From positions 64,001 through 128,000 of the forward strand of contig JBIJDH010000008.1 in NCBI GenBank assembly GCA_044344255.1: 64,000 nt of DNA. The letters are read 5' to 3'. Within the stretch, counting starts at the first letter, position 1; every line of letters begins with the position of its first letter. A program made the position numbers and the translations under genes. The notes beneath the pieces are model-generated. The model was not told the DNA's origin, did not search any database, and saw only the letters and a program-made list of their open reading frames with translations. The DNA comes from Myxococcota bacterium. Lineage in GTDB: Bacteria > Myxococcota_A > UBA796 > UBA2385. This document shows positions 1 to 9,300 of the stretch, piece by piece.

Positions 1-41
1 GGCCCCTTCACGCGGCCTCGGAGCAGCTCAGTCGTAAGCAT
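1..41 (-). CDS. 5' fragment of probable DUF790 (Bax1-like) nuclease family protein, runs off the window
   Basis: Reverse strand from ATG at 41 reads MLTTELLRGRVKG, resembling the MLTxDLL N-terminus I recall for DUF790. It overlaps the XPB-like helicase stop by 14 nt, the usual gene order. Only 13 codons are visible. Confidence 0.5.
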   Translation of the reverse strand, partial: MLTTELLRGRVKG

Positions 42-1389
42 CGTGCTTCCTGCGGCGGGCGCTGGTGGCCACCTCGGTGGTGTCGCTGGCGACGAGCTCG
101 TAGAGGATGGCCTGCTTGCCGTGGCCGGGGCGGAGGATGCGGCCGAGGCGCTGCACGTGCTCGCGCACCGTGCCAGAGCCCGACAGCACGATGGCGACCT
201 CGGCGGCCGGCAGGTCGACCCCCTCGTTGAGCACCCGGCTGGTGGCCAGCACCGGCAGCTCCCCGGAAGAGAAGCGGTCGAGCAGCTCCCTCCGCTCTCG
301 GAGGTCGGTGCGGTGGGTGATGCAGGGCACGAGGAAGTCGCGGCTCACCCGGTAGGCCGTGGCGTTGTCGTGCGTGAAGATGATGGTGCGGCGGCCCCGC
401 TCGGCCTGGAGGAGCCGCCCGAGGGCGTGGAGCTTCTCTTCGGTGCCGTGCGCGATGCGGCGGCTCTCGAGGTAGGCCTGGTACGCCGCGCGCCCCTCAC
501 GGCTGCGGGCCGACTCTCGGAGGAAGCTCTGCCAGCCCCCCGGCCCGCCGAGGTAGAGCCGGCGCTGCTCACAGAAGTCGGTGAAGACCTTGCGGCGCTC
601 TTGGTAGCGGCTGAGCTCCTCCGACGACAGGGCGACGGGGACCCGCACCGTCTCGTACTCCGCGAGGTACTCGCCCGCGAGATCGGTGATGCCCCGCTCG
701 AAGACCACCGAGCCGGTGGCATGATCGATCTCCTCGTGCCGCCCGTCCTGCCGCTCCCAGGTGGCGGTGAGGCCCAGCCGGAAGGGGGCGAGCGCCGCCT
801 CCGCGGCGGAGAGGTAGCCGGGAGCGGGCAGGTGGTGAGCCTCATCGAAGACGAGCAGGCCGAAGCGGTCACCATACCGGTGGAGGTAAAGGTAGGCGGA
901 GTCATAGGTGGAGACCGTGAGCGGGCGGAGCTCGTGCTGCCCGCCACCCAAGACGCCGATCTCCCCGCCGAAGCTGCGCTCCAGCCGGTCAACCCACTGG
1001 TTCACGAGGTCCAAGGTGGGGGCGAGCACCAGCGTCGGCCGCTTGGTGCTGGCGATGCAGAGCTCGGCCACCAGGGTCTTGCCGGCCCCGGTGGGCAGGA
1101 GGACCACCCCGCGCCGGTCGGCGGCGACCCAGGCGTCGTGGGCCTCCTGCTGGTAGGGGCGAGGCTGCCGAGGGTCTCGCAAGGCGAGGTCAGACAGGGG
1201 CTCCCAGCGCCGCGCCTCGTCCTTGAAGGGCACCGAGCGCTCGCGGAGGTGACGAACCGTGATCGCGTAGAGCCAGCCCGGGGCCCGCGCCGCCCCCACC
1301 CGGTCGTCGAAGACGAAGCCCGCTGGCAGGCTCCCGCAGGGGAGCTCCGTGACGAGGAGCGTGCCATCCTGGTAGCGGAGGTGGACCAT
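28..1389 (-). CDS. SF2 DEAD/DEAH-box helicase, XPB/ResIII-like
   Basis: 453 aa; RPYQ Q-motif, LPTGAGKT, DEAH, TAT, EGVD, QRLGRILR. Confidence 0.9.
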   Translation of the reverse strand: MVHLRYQDGTLLVTELPCGSLPAGFVFDDRVGAARAPGWLYAITVRHLRERSVPFKDEARRWEPLSDLALRDPRQPRPYQQEAHDAWVAADRRGVVLLPTGAGKTLVAELCIASTKRPTLVLAPTLDLVNQWVDRLERSFGGEIGVLGGGQHELRPLTVSTYDSAYLYLHRYGDRFGLLVFDEAHHLPAPGYLSAAEAALAPFRLGLTATWERQDGRHEEIDHATGSVVFERGITDLAGEYLAEYETVRVPVALSSEELSRYQERRKVFTDFCEQRRLYLGGPGGWQSFLRESARSREGRAAYQAYLESRRIAHGTEEKLHALGRLLQAERGRRTIIFTHDNATAYRVSRDFLVPCITHRTDLRERRELLDRFSSGELPVLATSRVLNEGVDLPAAEVAIVLSGSGTVREHVQRLGRILRPGHGKQAILYELVASDTTEVATSARRRKHDAYD

Positions 1390-1431
1390 GAACCCCCCGC
1401 TAACGGGTCGTCGGCCGAAGTGAACTGACGT

Positions 1432-2793
1432 TCAGGGTGCGCCGGCGCCCTTCGTCTGCACCGCGGCGATCGAAGGGGGCAGGCTCCAGGGCTCCTTCAC
1501 GATGGCGCAGCTCTTGCCCACCTTCTGCTCATAGACCGCCATCGCGGCTTGGATCCGGAGGTTGTTCGGGTAGTACGAGGCGGCCCGCTCGCAGGACTCT
1601 CGGGCCAGCTCGAGGTCACCCGCCGCGAGGCCGGCCAGGATGTCAACGCGGAGGAACTCAGGCCGCTCCGAATTGCGCCACTGGGCGCGGTCCAGCACCA
1701 CCAGGGCCTCCTCCGGGCGCTCCTGGGCGACGTAGATGTCGGCGAGGAGGGTGGCCATCTGCCAGTTGCGCATCATGTGACGGCGATCGCCGTCGACCAG
1801 CTCTTCGGCGTAGGGCAGGTCGCCGGAGGCGATGGCGTAGCGGGCCTGCGCCAAGGTGTCGCGGAGCGCGAGGTCGTTTCGCAGCGCGGCGAGCCACAGC
1901 CAGGAGCCCGCCTCGTCGAGGCGGCCAGCGGCGGTGAGCGCCTCGGCGTACGCGGTCATCGCCACTCCCGAGCGCGGGTGCATCGAGAGGGCCCGCTCCG
2001 TGACGTCGAGGGCACCCTCCACGTCTCCCGCAGAGAGGAGGTCCTCCGAGGCGTAGACGTAGGTGATGAGCTCGCTCGCCGAGCCCTCTCCCGCCGCGAC
2101 CTGAGACAGCCGCAGCGCCGCGGCCTCCCGACCGTAGCCCAGCGCTCGGAGCGTCTCGGCGTGCCAGCTGATGGCGCTCTGCTCGTAGTAGGCCGAGCCC
2201 TCGGAGAGCAGGAAGTCCCCCTCCGCGTCCGGAAAGTGTCCCTTGTGCGCGCGACACACACCACGCATGGCGTAGAGGTCAGCGTTGTCCGGGTCGGTCT
2301 TGAGGGCGGCGGAGATCTGCTCCACCGCGAGGCCCCACTGGCCCCGGTCCATCAGGATCTGGGCGGTGGCGAGGGGGACGATGGGAGTGCTGCGCGTTAC
2401 CGCGGTGTTCACTTTGCCGCCCTTCCCCGCGCCGCGACCGCCCTTCCCGCCCTTCTTACCCTTGCCCGCTTTTCCGCCTTTGCCCGCCTTTCCGCCCTTC
2501 CCAGCCTTGCTCCCCTTCCCGGCCTTTCCGCCCTTCCCAGCCTTGCCCCCCTTCCCGGCTTTGCTACCCTTACCCGCTAGCCCCGGCCGGTTGCCCTGCT
2601 TGAACTTCCCGCCGCCCCCGGCCTCTCCGGACTTGACGGGCGCCGCACCGTCGGCACCCTGGGCACCCTCACCTGCCGAGCCCACCGGCCCGACCAGGAG
2701 CAGGGCACCCGTCACGAGGGCCAGCAGGACCGCCCGCAGACGGCCCCGGGTTCTAAAAGAACCTGTTTCTTCGCCCTCAGTCAAGCCGGTCAC
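1432..2793 (-). CDS. Secreted/membrane TPR-repeat protein with Gly/Lys-rich linker
   Basis: GTG start at 2793 preceded by AGGAGG; hydrophobic N-terminal segment, (AGKGxK)n tract, then multiple TPR-like helical repeats. Confidence 0.75.
   Translation of the reverse strand: MTGLTEGEETGSFRTRGRLRAVLLALVTGALLLVGPVGSAGEGAQGADGAAPVKSGEAGGGGKFKQGNRPGLAGKGSKAGKGGKAGKGGKAGKGSKAGKGGKAGKGGKAGKGKKGGKGGRGAGKGGKVNTAVTRSTPIVPLATAQILMDRGQWGLAVEQISAALKTDPDNADLYAMRGVCRAHKGHFPDAEGDFLLSEGSAYYEQSAISWHAETLRALGYGREAAALRLSQVAAGEGSASELITYVYASEDLLSAGDVEGALDVTERALSMHPRSGVAMTAYAEALTAAGRLDEAGSWLWLAALRNDLALRDTLAQARYAIASGDLPYAEELVDGDRRHMMRNWQMATLLADIYVAQERPEEALVVLDRAQWRNSERPEFLRVDILAGLAAGDLELARESCERAASYYPNNLRIQAAMAVYEQKVGKSCAIVKEPWSLPPSIAAVQTKGAGAP
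2413..2577 (-). repeat. Imperfect 18-bp coding repeat encoding AGKG(G/S)K
   Basis: About 7 hexapeptide units with synonymous variation. Confidence 0.85.
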
Positions 2794-2840
2794 AGAGCAC
2801 CTCCTGGAACAGCGGCCCACCCTATCGACACAGGATTCAC

Positions 2841-5294
2841 ATGGCAACGCGCCCCTCCTTGATGGCCCTCCTCGTGCTCACCGTGGCGTGCACGAAGACA
2901 GATCCGAGCCCGGTCACGGGAGAGGCCAAGACCCCCAACACCCCGGCCCGCCCCTCGGGTCCCTCCCTCGTGCTCGTCACGATGGACACCACCCGCACCG
3001 ACCACATCGGCGCCTACGGCTACGCGATCGCCAACACGCCCAACGTGGACAGCCTGGCCGCTGAGGGGGTGCGCTTTGACCGGGCCTACGCCTCCATCCC
3101 ACTCACCACGCCGTCGCACGCCACGATGTTGACGGGCACCTACCCGCCCCGCCACGGCGTCCACAACAACGGCGACTCCATCCTCCCCGACGAGGCCGTG
3201 TCGCTCGCGGAGATCTTGCAGGAGAAGGGCTACCACACCGGCGCCAGCGTCTCGGCCTTCGTCACCACCAAGGTCTGGAACCTCGACCAGGGCTTCGACA
3301 TCTACGCCGACTCGGTGAGCAAGGGTGGAAAGCGGCCGAAGATGGCGGGCGCCAAGGACGGTAAGGCCCGTAACCGCCGTCAGGCCAACTCCCGGTGGTC
3401 CCAAGAGCGGCCCGCCAACGAGGTCGTGGACGACGCCATCGAGTTCATCGGCGGCCTCCCGAAGAAGGACGAGCCCTTCTTCTTGTGGGTCCACTTCTAC
3501 GATCCCCACCAGCCCCTCGAGGCGCCGGAGCCCTGGGCCTCAGCGATGCCCAATCGGCCCTACGACGCGGAGATCGCGTTCATGGACGAACAGATCGGCC
3601 GCCTGAAGCAGACGATCGACGCCACCGGTCAAAAAGTGGCCTGGATGGCGGTGGCCGATCACGGCGAGGCCAAGGGCGGTGAGCACGGCGAGCATGACCA
3701 CGGCACCTTCCTCTTCGATGCCACCATGCACATCCCCTTCATCATCCGTCCCCCGGAGCCCATCCCCGGCGGCAAGGCCGTGGCGACGACCGTGGGCAAC
3801 GTCGACGTGATGCCCACGGCCCTCGGCATGCTGGGGCTGCCCGTGCCCGAAGGTCTTGACGGCAAGGACCTCACCCCGATGATCAAGGGTGAGGGCGGTC
3901 GCGATCAGGGTGTGTACATGGAGTCTGTGACGGTCGCCAATCGGTTCGGATACCACCCGGAGATCGGGCTCGTGGAGGGCCCGCTCAAGCTGATGAAGAC
4001 GCCGAACCCCCGGCTCTTCGACGTGAGCGCGGATCCGGGTGAGCTCACGAACATCATCTCGAGCCGGCCGGACGACGTCAAGCGCATGGGCGATCAGATC
4101 GACGCCTTCCGCGCCGCGACGCGCACCGCCACCACCAATACGGCGGTCGCCTCCCCCGAGGTGATGGCTCAGCTCGAGGCCCTCGGGTACATGGGCGCCG
4201 GCGAGAACAACGACGCCGCCGAGACCTCAACCGTCGACGCCAAAGACAAGCTCGACGTCATCAAGCGCCTCGACGAGACGCGTCGGATCGGCAAGGACCC
4301 CTCCAAGCGAAAGGAGGCCATCGCTACGTACCGGGCCATCCTCGCGGCGGAGCCGCAGATCGCCGAGGCCCGGCTGGAGCTGACCCGCCTGCTCACCCGG
4401 GACGGAGACTTCCCCGAGGCCGAGAAGGTGCTCCGAGAGGCCCTCACGCGGGAGCCGAGCTCGACGGTGCTCCACAGCAGCCTCGCCTCCAACCTCACGC
4501 AGCAGAAGCGCCTCGACGAGGCCCTGATCGAGTACCAGGCGATCCTGATCGCCGTCCCCGGCGATGAGACGGCGAACGTCGGCTACGTGAACACCCTGTT
4601 CCGGTTGGACCGGAAGGATGAGGCCGTCGCGAAGTGCCTCGAGCGCCTCGCCGTGGACCCCAAGAGCTACGCGCTGCACTCCTTGGCGGGGGTGATGCTG
4701 ACGAACCTGAGCCGCTTCGACGAGGCCGAGCCGCACCTCATCGCCAGCCTCGGGGACGACATCCCCCGACGCGAGGTGCACGAGATGCTGGCCCGCATCG
4801 CGACCGTGAAGGGAGACGAAGCGGGGATGGTGTCCGAGCTCTATCTGGAGCTGGAGATCAACCCCCGCAACCGACCGGTCCGCCAGGCCCTGGCCCGCTA
4901 CTTCATGCAGCAGCGCCAGTGGGACGACGCGGTGGCCGAGTTCCAAGCGCTCTCCGAAGAGACGCCGAACGACCCCGCCGCGCGGATGTGGTGGGCCCAA
5001 GCCGTCTTCAACTCGGGCGCCTACGACGTCGCCGCCGAGGTGCTGGCGCCGGTGCTCACGATGGCCCCCGACTACGCCGAGGCCATCATGCTGCAGGCCA
5101 ACATCGTCGGGAAGCTGGGAGACCGAGAGCAGGCCGAGAAGCTGGCGAACGAAGCCAAGGAGCTGAAGGCGACCCAAGGCAACCGGCCGCCTCGGGTGAT
5201 CGACGAGGGGCAGCAGGCCTGGCCGGAGGGCCCGGACGCCGCCAAGAAGGGCAAGACCGGAAAGGCTGGAAAGGCCTCCCCCCCGGCCCCGTAG
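2841..5294 (+). CDS. Sulfatase-like hydrolase (alkaline phosphatase superfamily) with C-terminal TPR domain; probable lipoprotein
   Basis: LTVAC lipobox; LVTMDTTRTD, PLTTPSH..LTG, HFYDPH, ADHGE motifs; LEALGY then TPR repeats. Confidence 0.88.
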   Translation: MATRPSLMALLVLTVACTKTDPSPVTGEAKTPNTPARPSGPSLVLVTMDTTRTDHIGAYGYAIANTPNVDSLAAEGVRFDRAYASIPLTTPSHATMLTGTYPPRHGVHNNGDSILPDEAVSLAEILQEKGYHTGASVSAFVTTKVWNLDQGFDIYADSVSKGGKRPKMAGAKDGKARNRRQANSRWSQERPANEVVDDAIEFIGGLPKKDEPFFLWVHFYDPHQPLEAPEPWASAMPNRPYDAEIAFMDEQIGRLKQTIDATGQKVAWMAVADHGEAKGGEHGEHDHGTFLFDATMHIPFIIRPPEPIPGGKAVATTVGNVDVMPTALGMLGLPVPEGLDGKDLTPMIKGEGGRDQGVYMESVTVANRFGYHPEIGLVEGPLKLMKTPNPRLFDVSADPGELTNIISSRPDDVKRMGDQIDAFRAATRTATTNTAVASPEVMAQLEALGYMGAGENNDAAETSTVDAKDKLDVIKRLDETRRIGKDPSKRKEAIATYRAILAAEPQIAEARLELTRLLTRDGDFPEAEKVLREALTREPSSTVLHSSLASNLTQQKRLDEALIEYQAILIAVPGDETANVGYVNTLFRLDRKDEAVAKCLERLAVDPKSYALHSLAGVMLTNLSRFDEAEPHLIASLGDDIPRREVHEMLARIATVKGDEAGMVSELYLELEINPRNRPVRQALARYFMQQRQWDDAVAEFQALSEETPNDPAARMWWAQAVFNSGAYDVAAEVLAPVLTMAPDYAEAIMLQANIVGKLGDREQAEKLANEAKELKATQGNRPPRVIDEGQQAWPEGPDAAKKGKTGKAGKASPPAP

Positions 5295-5308
5295 TCGGAC
5301 CCGCGCAT

Positions 5309-5379
5309 TCGGGGCCCCGCCGTCGGGGCCCCGCCCACGGGGCCCCGCCATCGGGGCCCCGACGGCGGGACCCCCGACG
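5309..5379. repeat. 14-bp tandem repeat with palindromic core CGGGGCCCCG (4 good copies + 1 degenerate)
   Basis: tcggggccccgccg/tcggggccccgccc/acggggccccgcca/tcggggccccgacg/gcgggacccccgacg, intergenic between convergent genes. Confidence 0.85.
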
Positions 5380-5404
5380 GCGAGTCGCACGACGGGGGAC
5401 CCCC

Positions 5405-5437
5405 AAAAAGGAAGACCCCCGCCGTGAAGCGGGGGTC
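5405..5437 (-). terminator. Rho-independent terminator of the Tyr-rich lipoprotein gene
   Basis: Perfect 9-bp stem GACCCCCGC/GCGGGGGTC, 6-nt loop, followed on the minus strand by TTCCTTTTT; about 20 nt past the stop at 5459. Confidence 0.85.
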
Positions 5438-5458
5438 GGTTGGCCTCAGGCCGATGAA

Positions 5459-6106
5459 CTACTCGACGTAGAACGTACCGTACCAGAGGCTGGTCAGGTA
5501 GTAGTAGCCCTGGTACCCGTAGGAGGGGTAGTCCAGGTAGTAGTAGTAGTCCACGTAGCCGCCGTAGAAGTCAACGCCGGAGCCGTTGTCGTAGGCGTAC
5601 CAGATCGGCATCCAGTAGCCGCCGTACTCGTAGTAGTACCACATCACCTCGTAGGCGCCGTAGTAGTCGCCGTCGTAGCCGAAGCCGTACGCCATGTCGC
5701 CGCCGCCGCACGAGCCGGAGTCGTAGGACGCGCCGGAGTCGTAGGCGAGGTCGATGTCGAAGGCCCACTCGCAGTCGTCACAGGAGCTGTTCGGGCTGTT
5801 CGAGGAGGCGTCCCAGTAGAGGGCGCAGGCGTAGTCGCTGGCGCTGGTCGAGGTGCCAGCGAGACGAGCGAGACCGCCGGAGAGGGAGCTGAACTCGCCT
5901 TCGCCTTCGCCTTCGCCTTCGCCTTCGCCTTCGCCTTCGCCTTCGCCTTCGCCTTCGCCTTCGCCTTCGCCTTCGCCTTCGCCTTCGCCTTCGCCTTCGC
6001 CTTCGCCCTCAGCGGCGCCGCTGTCGGTGGAGGCCTTGTCAACACAGCCCGCGGCCCCGAGGGCCACAAAGGCGAGAACACCAGTGGTAAGCGCGAAACG
6101 GTTCAT
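5459..6106 (-). CDS. Hypothetical lipoprotein with (Gly-Glu)n linker and Tyr-rich acidic domain
   Basis: ATG at 6106 with AAGGAG RBS; signal peptide ending AAGC; 215 aa; own terminator. Confidence 0.85.
   Translation of the reverse strand: MNRFALTTGVLAFVALGAAGCVDKASTDSGAAEGEGEGEGEGEGEGEGEGEGEGEGEGEGEGEGEGEGEGEFSSLSGGLARLAGTSTSASDYACALYWDASSNSPNSSCDDCEWAFDIDLAYDSGASYDSGSCGGGDMAYGFGYDGDYYGAYEVMWYYYEYGGYWMPIWYAYDNGSGVDFYGGYVDYYYYLDYPSYGYQGYYYLTSLWYGTFYVE
5895..6007. repeat. Perfect hexanucleotide repeat (TCGCCT)18+, encoding (EG)n
   Basis: 18 identical units 5895-6002 plus a partial unit. Confidence 0.95.
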
Positions 6107-6378
6107 CTCAACGTCTCCTTCTTGACGGGTTTGGGGGGGCTCCCCGAAGCCATGGTATTTCAACCAGGGGGGGATCGCCACAGGGACTTGCAGGAGCCTT
6201 GCTCGATCTCCTTGATGTTGTCGCGGAGCGGAGGGAGCGGACCCTCTCCACCCGACGGTCAACATCGGCAGAGTCAACCGGCCTGTCTGCCCGGTCTGAT
6301 CTCAGCATAGCCCGAGCCCCGCGGGAGCGCTACATCGCCCCGACCCTGTTGACGCCCGCGCCGCTGGAGGCCACCCGA

Positions 6379-9300
6379 ATGTCGCTCTTCACTCCACACG
6401 TCCTGGGCTCCGTCCTCGCCCTCGCGCTCACCCCCGCCCGCGCCACGGTCCCCATGCCCACCTACGCCGAGTGTGGGACCCCCGACCGCCCCGATCTATG
6501 CCCCGCCGACCTCGGCGAAGATTGGGCGCTGCTCTCTTACGTCCCAGCGGCCTGGAAGGCGACCACCCGCGAGGCCGAGTGGAGCATCGGCACCGGGCTC
6601 GGGGCCGACCGAGCCTGGCGCACCACGACGGGGCGCACGGATGTGGTCATCGCCGTCCTCGACAGCGGCATCCTCTGGGATCAGCCCAAGCTGTGGCGAA
6701 AACACTATTTGAACGCCGGTGAGCTTCCGCTCCCTCAAGATGTGCTCGGCAGTGACGCCCTTGAGTACGACTTCAACGGCGACGGCCTCTTCAACATCGA
6801 AGACTGGGCTGACGATCCGCGCGTGGATCCCGCCGCCGGGGTGGACGCGGCCGACACCATGCTCGACCCCTCCGACCTCATCGCCACCTTCTCCGACGGC
6901 ATCGACGACGACGGCGACGGCTACACCGATGACATCTCGGGCTGGGACTTCCTCTGGAACGACAACGACCCCTACGACGACACCCGCTACGACCACGGCA
7001 CCTACGAAGGCGAGGAGTCCGTCCAGGAGGGGGATGACGAGTACGGCGGAGTGGGGGTCTGCCCGAGCTGCATGCTGCTCAGCGTGAGGGTGAGCGACTC
7101 CTTCGTCGCCGACGGCACCAGCTTCGGCGCCGCCGCGCTCTTCGCGGTAGACAGCGGCGCCGACGTGCTCCAGGTGGCCCTCGGCGACATGTCCAACCCG
7201 AGCCTCGCCCAGCGGGCCGTAGACTACGCCTGGGAGCACGGCGTGCTCATGGTGGGCTCCGCGGCCGACGAGACGGCCTACCACCCGAACGCCCCGGCCA
7301 GCAACGAGCGCGTCCTCTACGTGCACGCCATCCGCCACGATGAAGACGACGCCGACGAGTCCACGAGCTTCCTGGCGTACTCGAACTGCACCAACCACGG
7401 GGTGCGCCTCGACCTCTCCGCGCCCTCGGGGGGCTGCTCCTCCGGCGCCACCGCGATGACCGCCGGAGCCGCCGGGCTCCTCCTCTCTGCCGCCAAGGAC
7501 CGCGGGATCAAGCTGGCGCCGGGCGAGCTCTTCCAGCTCCTCACCACGAACATCGTCGACATCGACATCCCCGAGTCTCGCGAGAGCGGGAGCGAGTGGT
7601 ACCCGAGCAAAGAAGGCTGGGATCGATACTTCGGACCGGGTCGCCTGAACGCGGCGGCTGCGGTCGAGGCCGTCGCCGCCGGGCAGATCCCGCCGATGGC
7701 CAGCATCGACTCCCCGCGCTGGTACGAGCTCGTCAACCCCGAGGTCGGCCCGATCCTCGAGATCCGGGCCACCATGGACGCGCCCCGCTCCGCGGTGGCC
7801 TCCTGGACCCTCGCCTGGGGGGCCGGTGACCAGCCCGACGCCGCCGATCTGCACGAGATCGCCAGCGGCACCAGCGGCGCCGCCGGGGTGATCGCCACCC
7901 TCGAGCTCGCCACCCTCGCGGCGGAGATCGATCCTTCTGCCCCGCTGCAGGACTGGGCCCTGGGGGCCGACCAGATCGACCGCGAAGACGCCGTCAACCG
8001 CTACACCGTGAGCCTCCGCCTCTCTGTCACCGACACCGAGGGCCGCGTCGCCCAGGCCCGCAAGGCCTTCTACCTGCACGCCGACCCCGACGCCCTCCCC
8101 GGCTTCCCGCTCCGACTCGGGCCCTCCCTCGAGGCCTCCCCCACCCTCTACGACATCGACGGGGACGGCGTCCTCGACATCATCCAGGGCGACGCGGACG
8201 GGATGCTGCACGTGCTGCACGGCGCCGGCGATGAGCTCCCCGGCTTCCCCGTTCAGCTCGGCCTCATCGAGGAGGTCGATCCCGACGCCCCGACGAACCT
8301 CCTCGCCGCGCCGGGCTTCGCCGCGGTCGCCGCAGGCAGCGGGCCCTCGATCGTCTCCAGCGCAGCGGTGGCCGACCTCGACGGGGACGGCTCCCCGGAG
8401 ATCGTCGCCGCCACGCTTCGGGGGCTCCTGTACGTGATCGAGGCCGATGGGTCGGTGCGCCCGGGCTTCCCGGTCGAGCAAGAGCCGGTCACCTTCACCG
8501 ACCCTGAGAACCTCTACGACGAGGGCTTCTTCGGCTCGCCCGCCCTCGGTGACCTCGACAATGACGGCCAGCTCGACATCGTCATCGGCGGCATGGACCA
8601 GCGGGTCTACGTCTGGGACGCCGATGGCCAGGCCCTCCCCGGCTGGCCGCTGCGCGCCACCTTCCCCGGCTACGAAGATCAAGGCAGCCGCATCGTCGGC
8701 TCGCCCGCCCTCGGTGACCTCGATGAAGACGGTGTCATCGACGTGGTCATCGGCACGGCGGAGACCCTCTCCGACACCACGGGCGCCCTCTACGCCTTCC
8801 ACGGCCAGGGAACGGCGCACCCCGACGGCCCGAACCTGCCCGGCTGGCCGATCCGCCTCTTCGGCGCCTACACCCAGGCCCTCCCCTACGTGGGCGAGGG
8901 CATCCCAGGCAGCCCCGCCCTCGCCGACATCGACGGAGACGGCCACCTCGAGGTGACCGGCCACACGATGGCCGGTGACCTGCCCATCCTCCGCGGCGAT
9001 GGCACCGAGGTGTACACCGCCGGCCTCGCCGCTGACCAATTCGGCCCCCAGAGCAACCTGAACGACGCCGCCCTCTTCCCGCTGATCAACTCCTCGTCCT
9101 TCGGAGACCTGGACGGCGACGGCCTCCCCGACCTCGTGACCGGCGGCATCGGCGCTGGCTACGCCCTCGGCCTGCTGCACGACGGCAAGTTCTCTCCCTT
9201 CGACGACGCGGTCGGTGCCTGGAGCGGGCTCACCGGCACCTACCTGGAGGGCTGGCCGCGGGTGATCGAAGACATTCAGTTCTTCATGAACCCCGCCATC

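Noticed and set aside
5309..5379. Palindromic repeats as a mini CRISPR array
   Set aside because: Units are 14 bp with 4-nt linkers, no unique spacers, and no cas genes in the window.
5644..6125. (AK)n, (SP)n and (AF)n repeat proteins in other frames
   Set aside because: Alternative readings of the same hexamer repeat; only the (GE)n frame has an RBS, a lipoprotein signal and a terminator.
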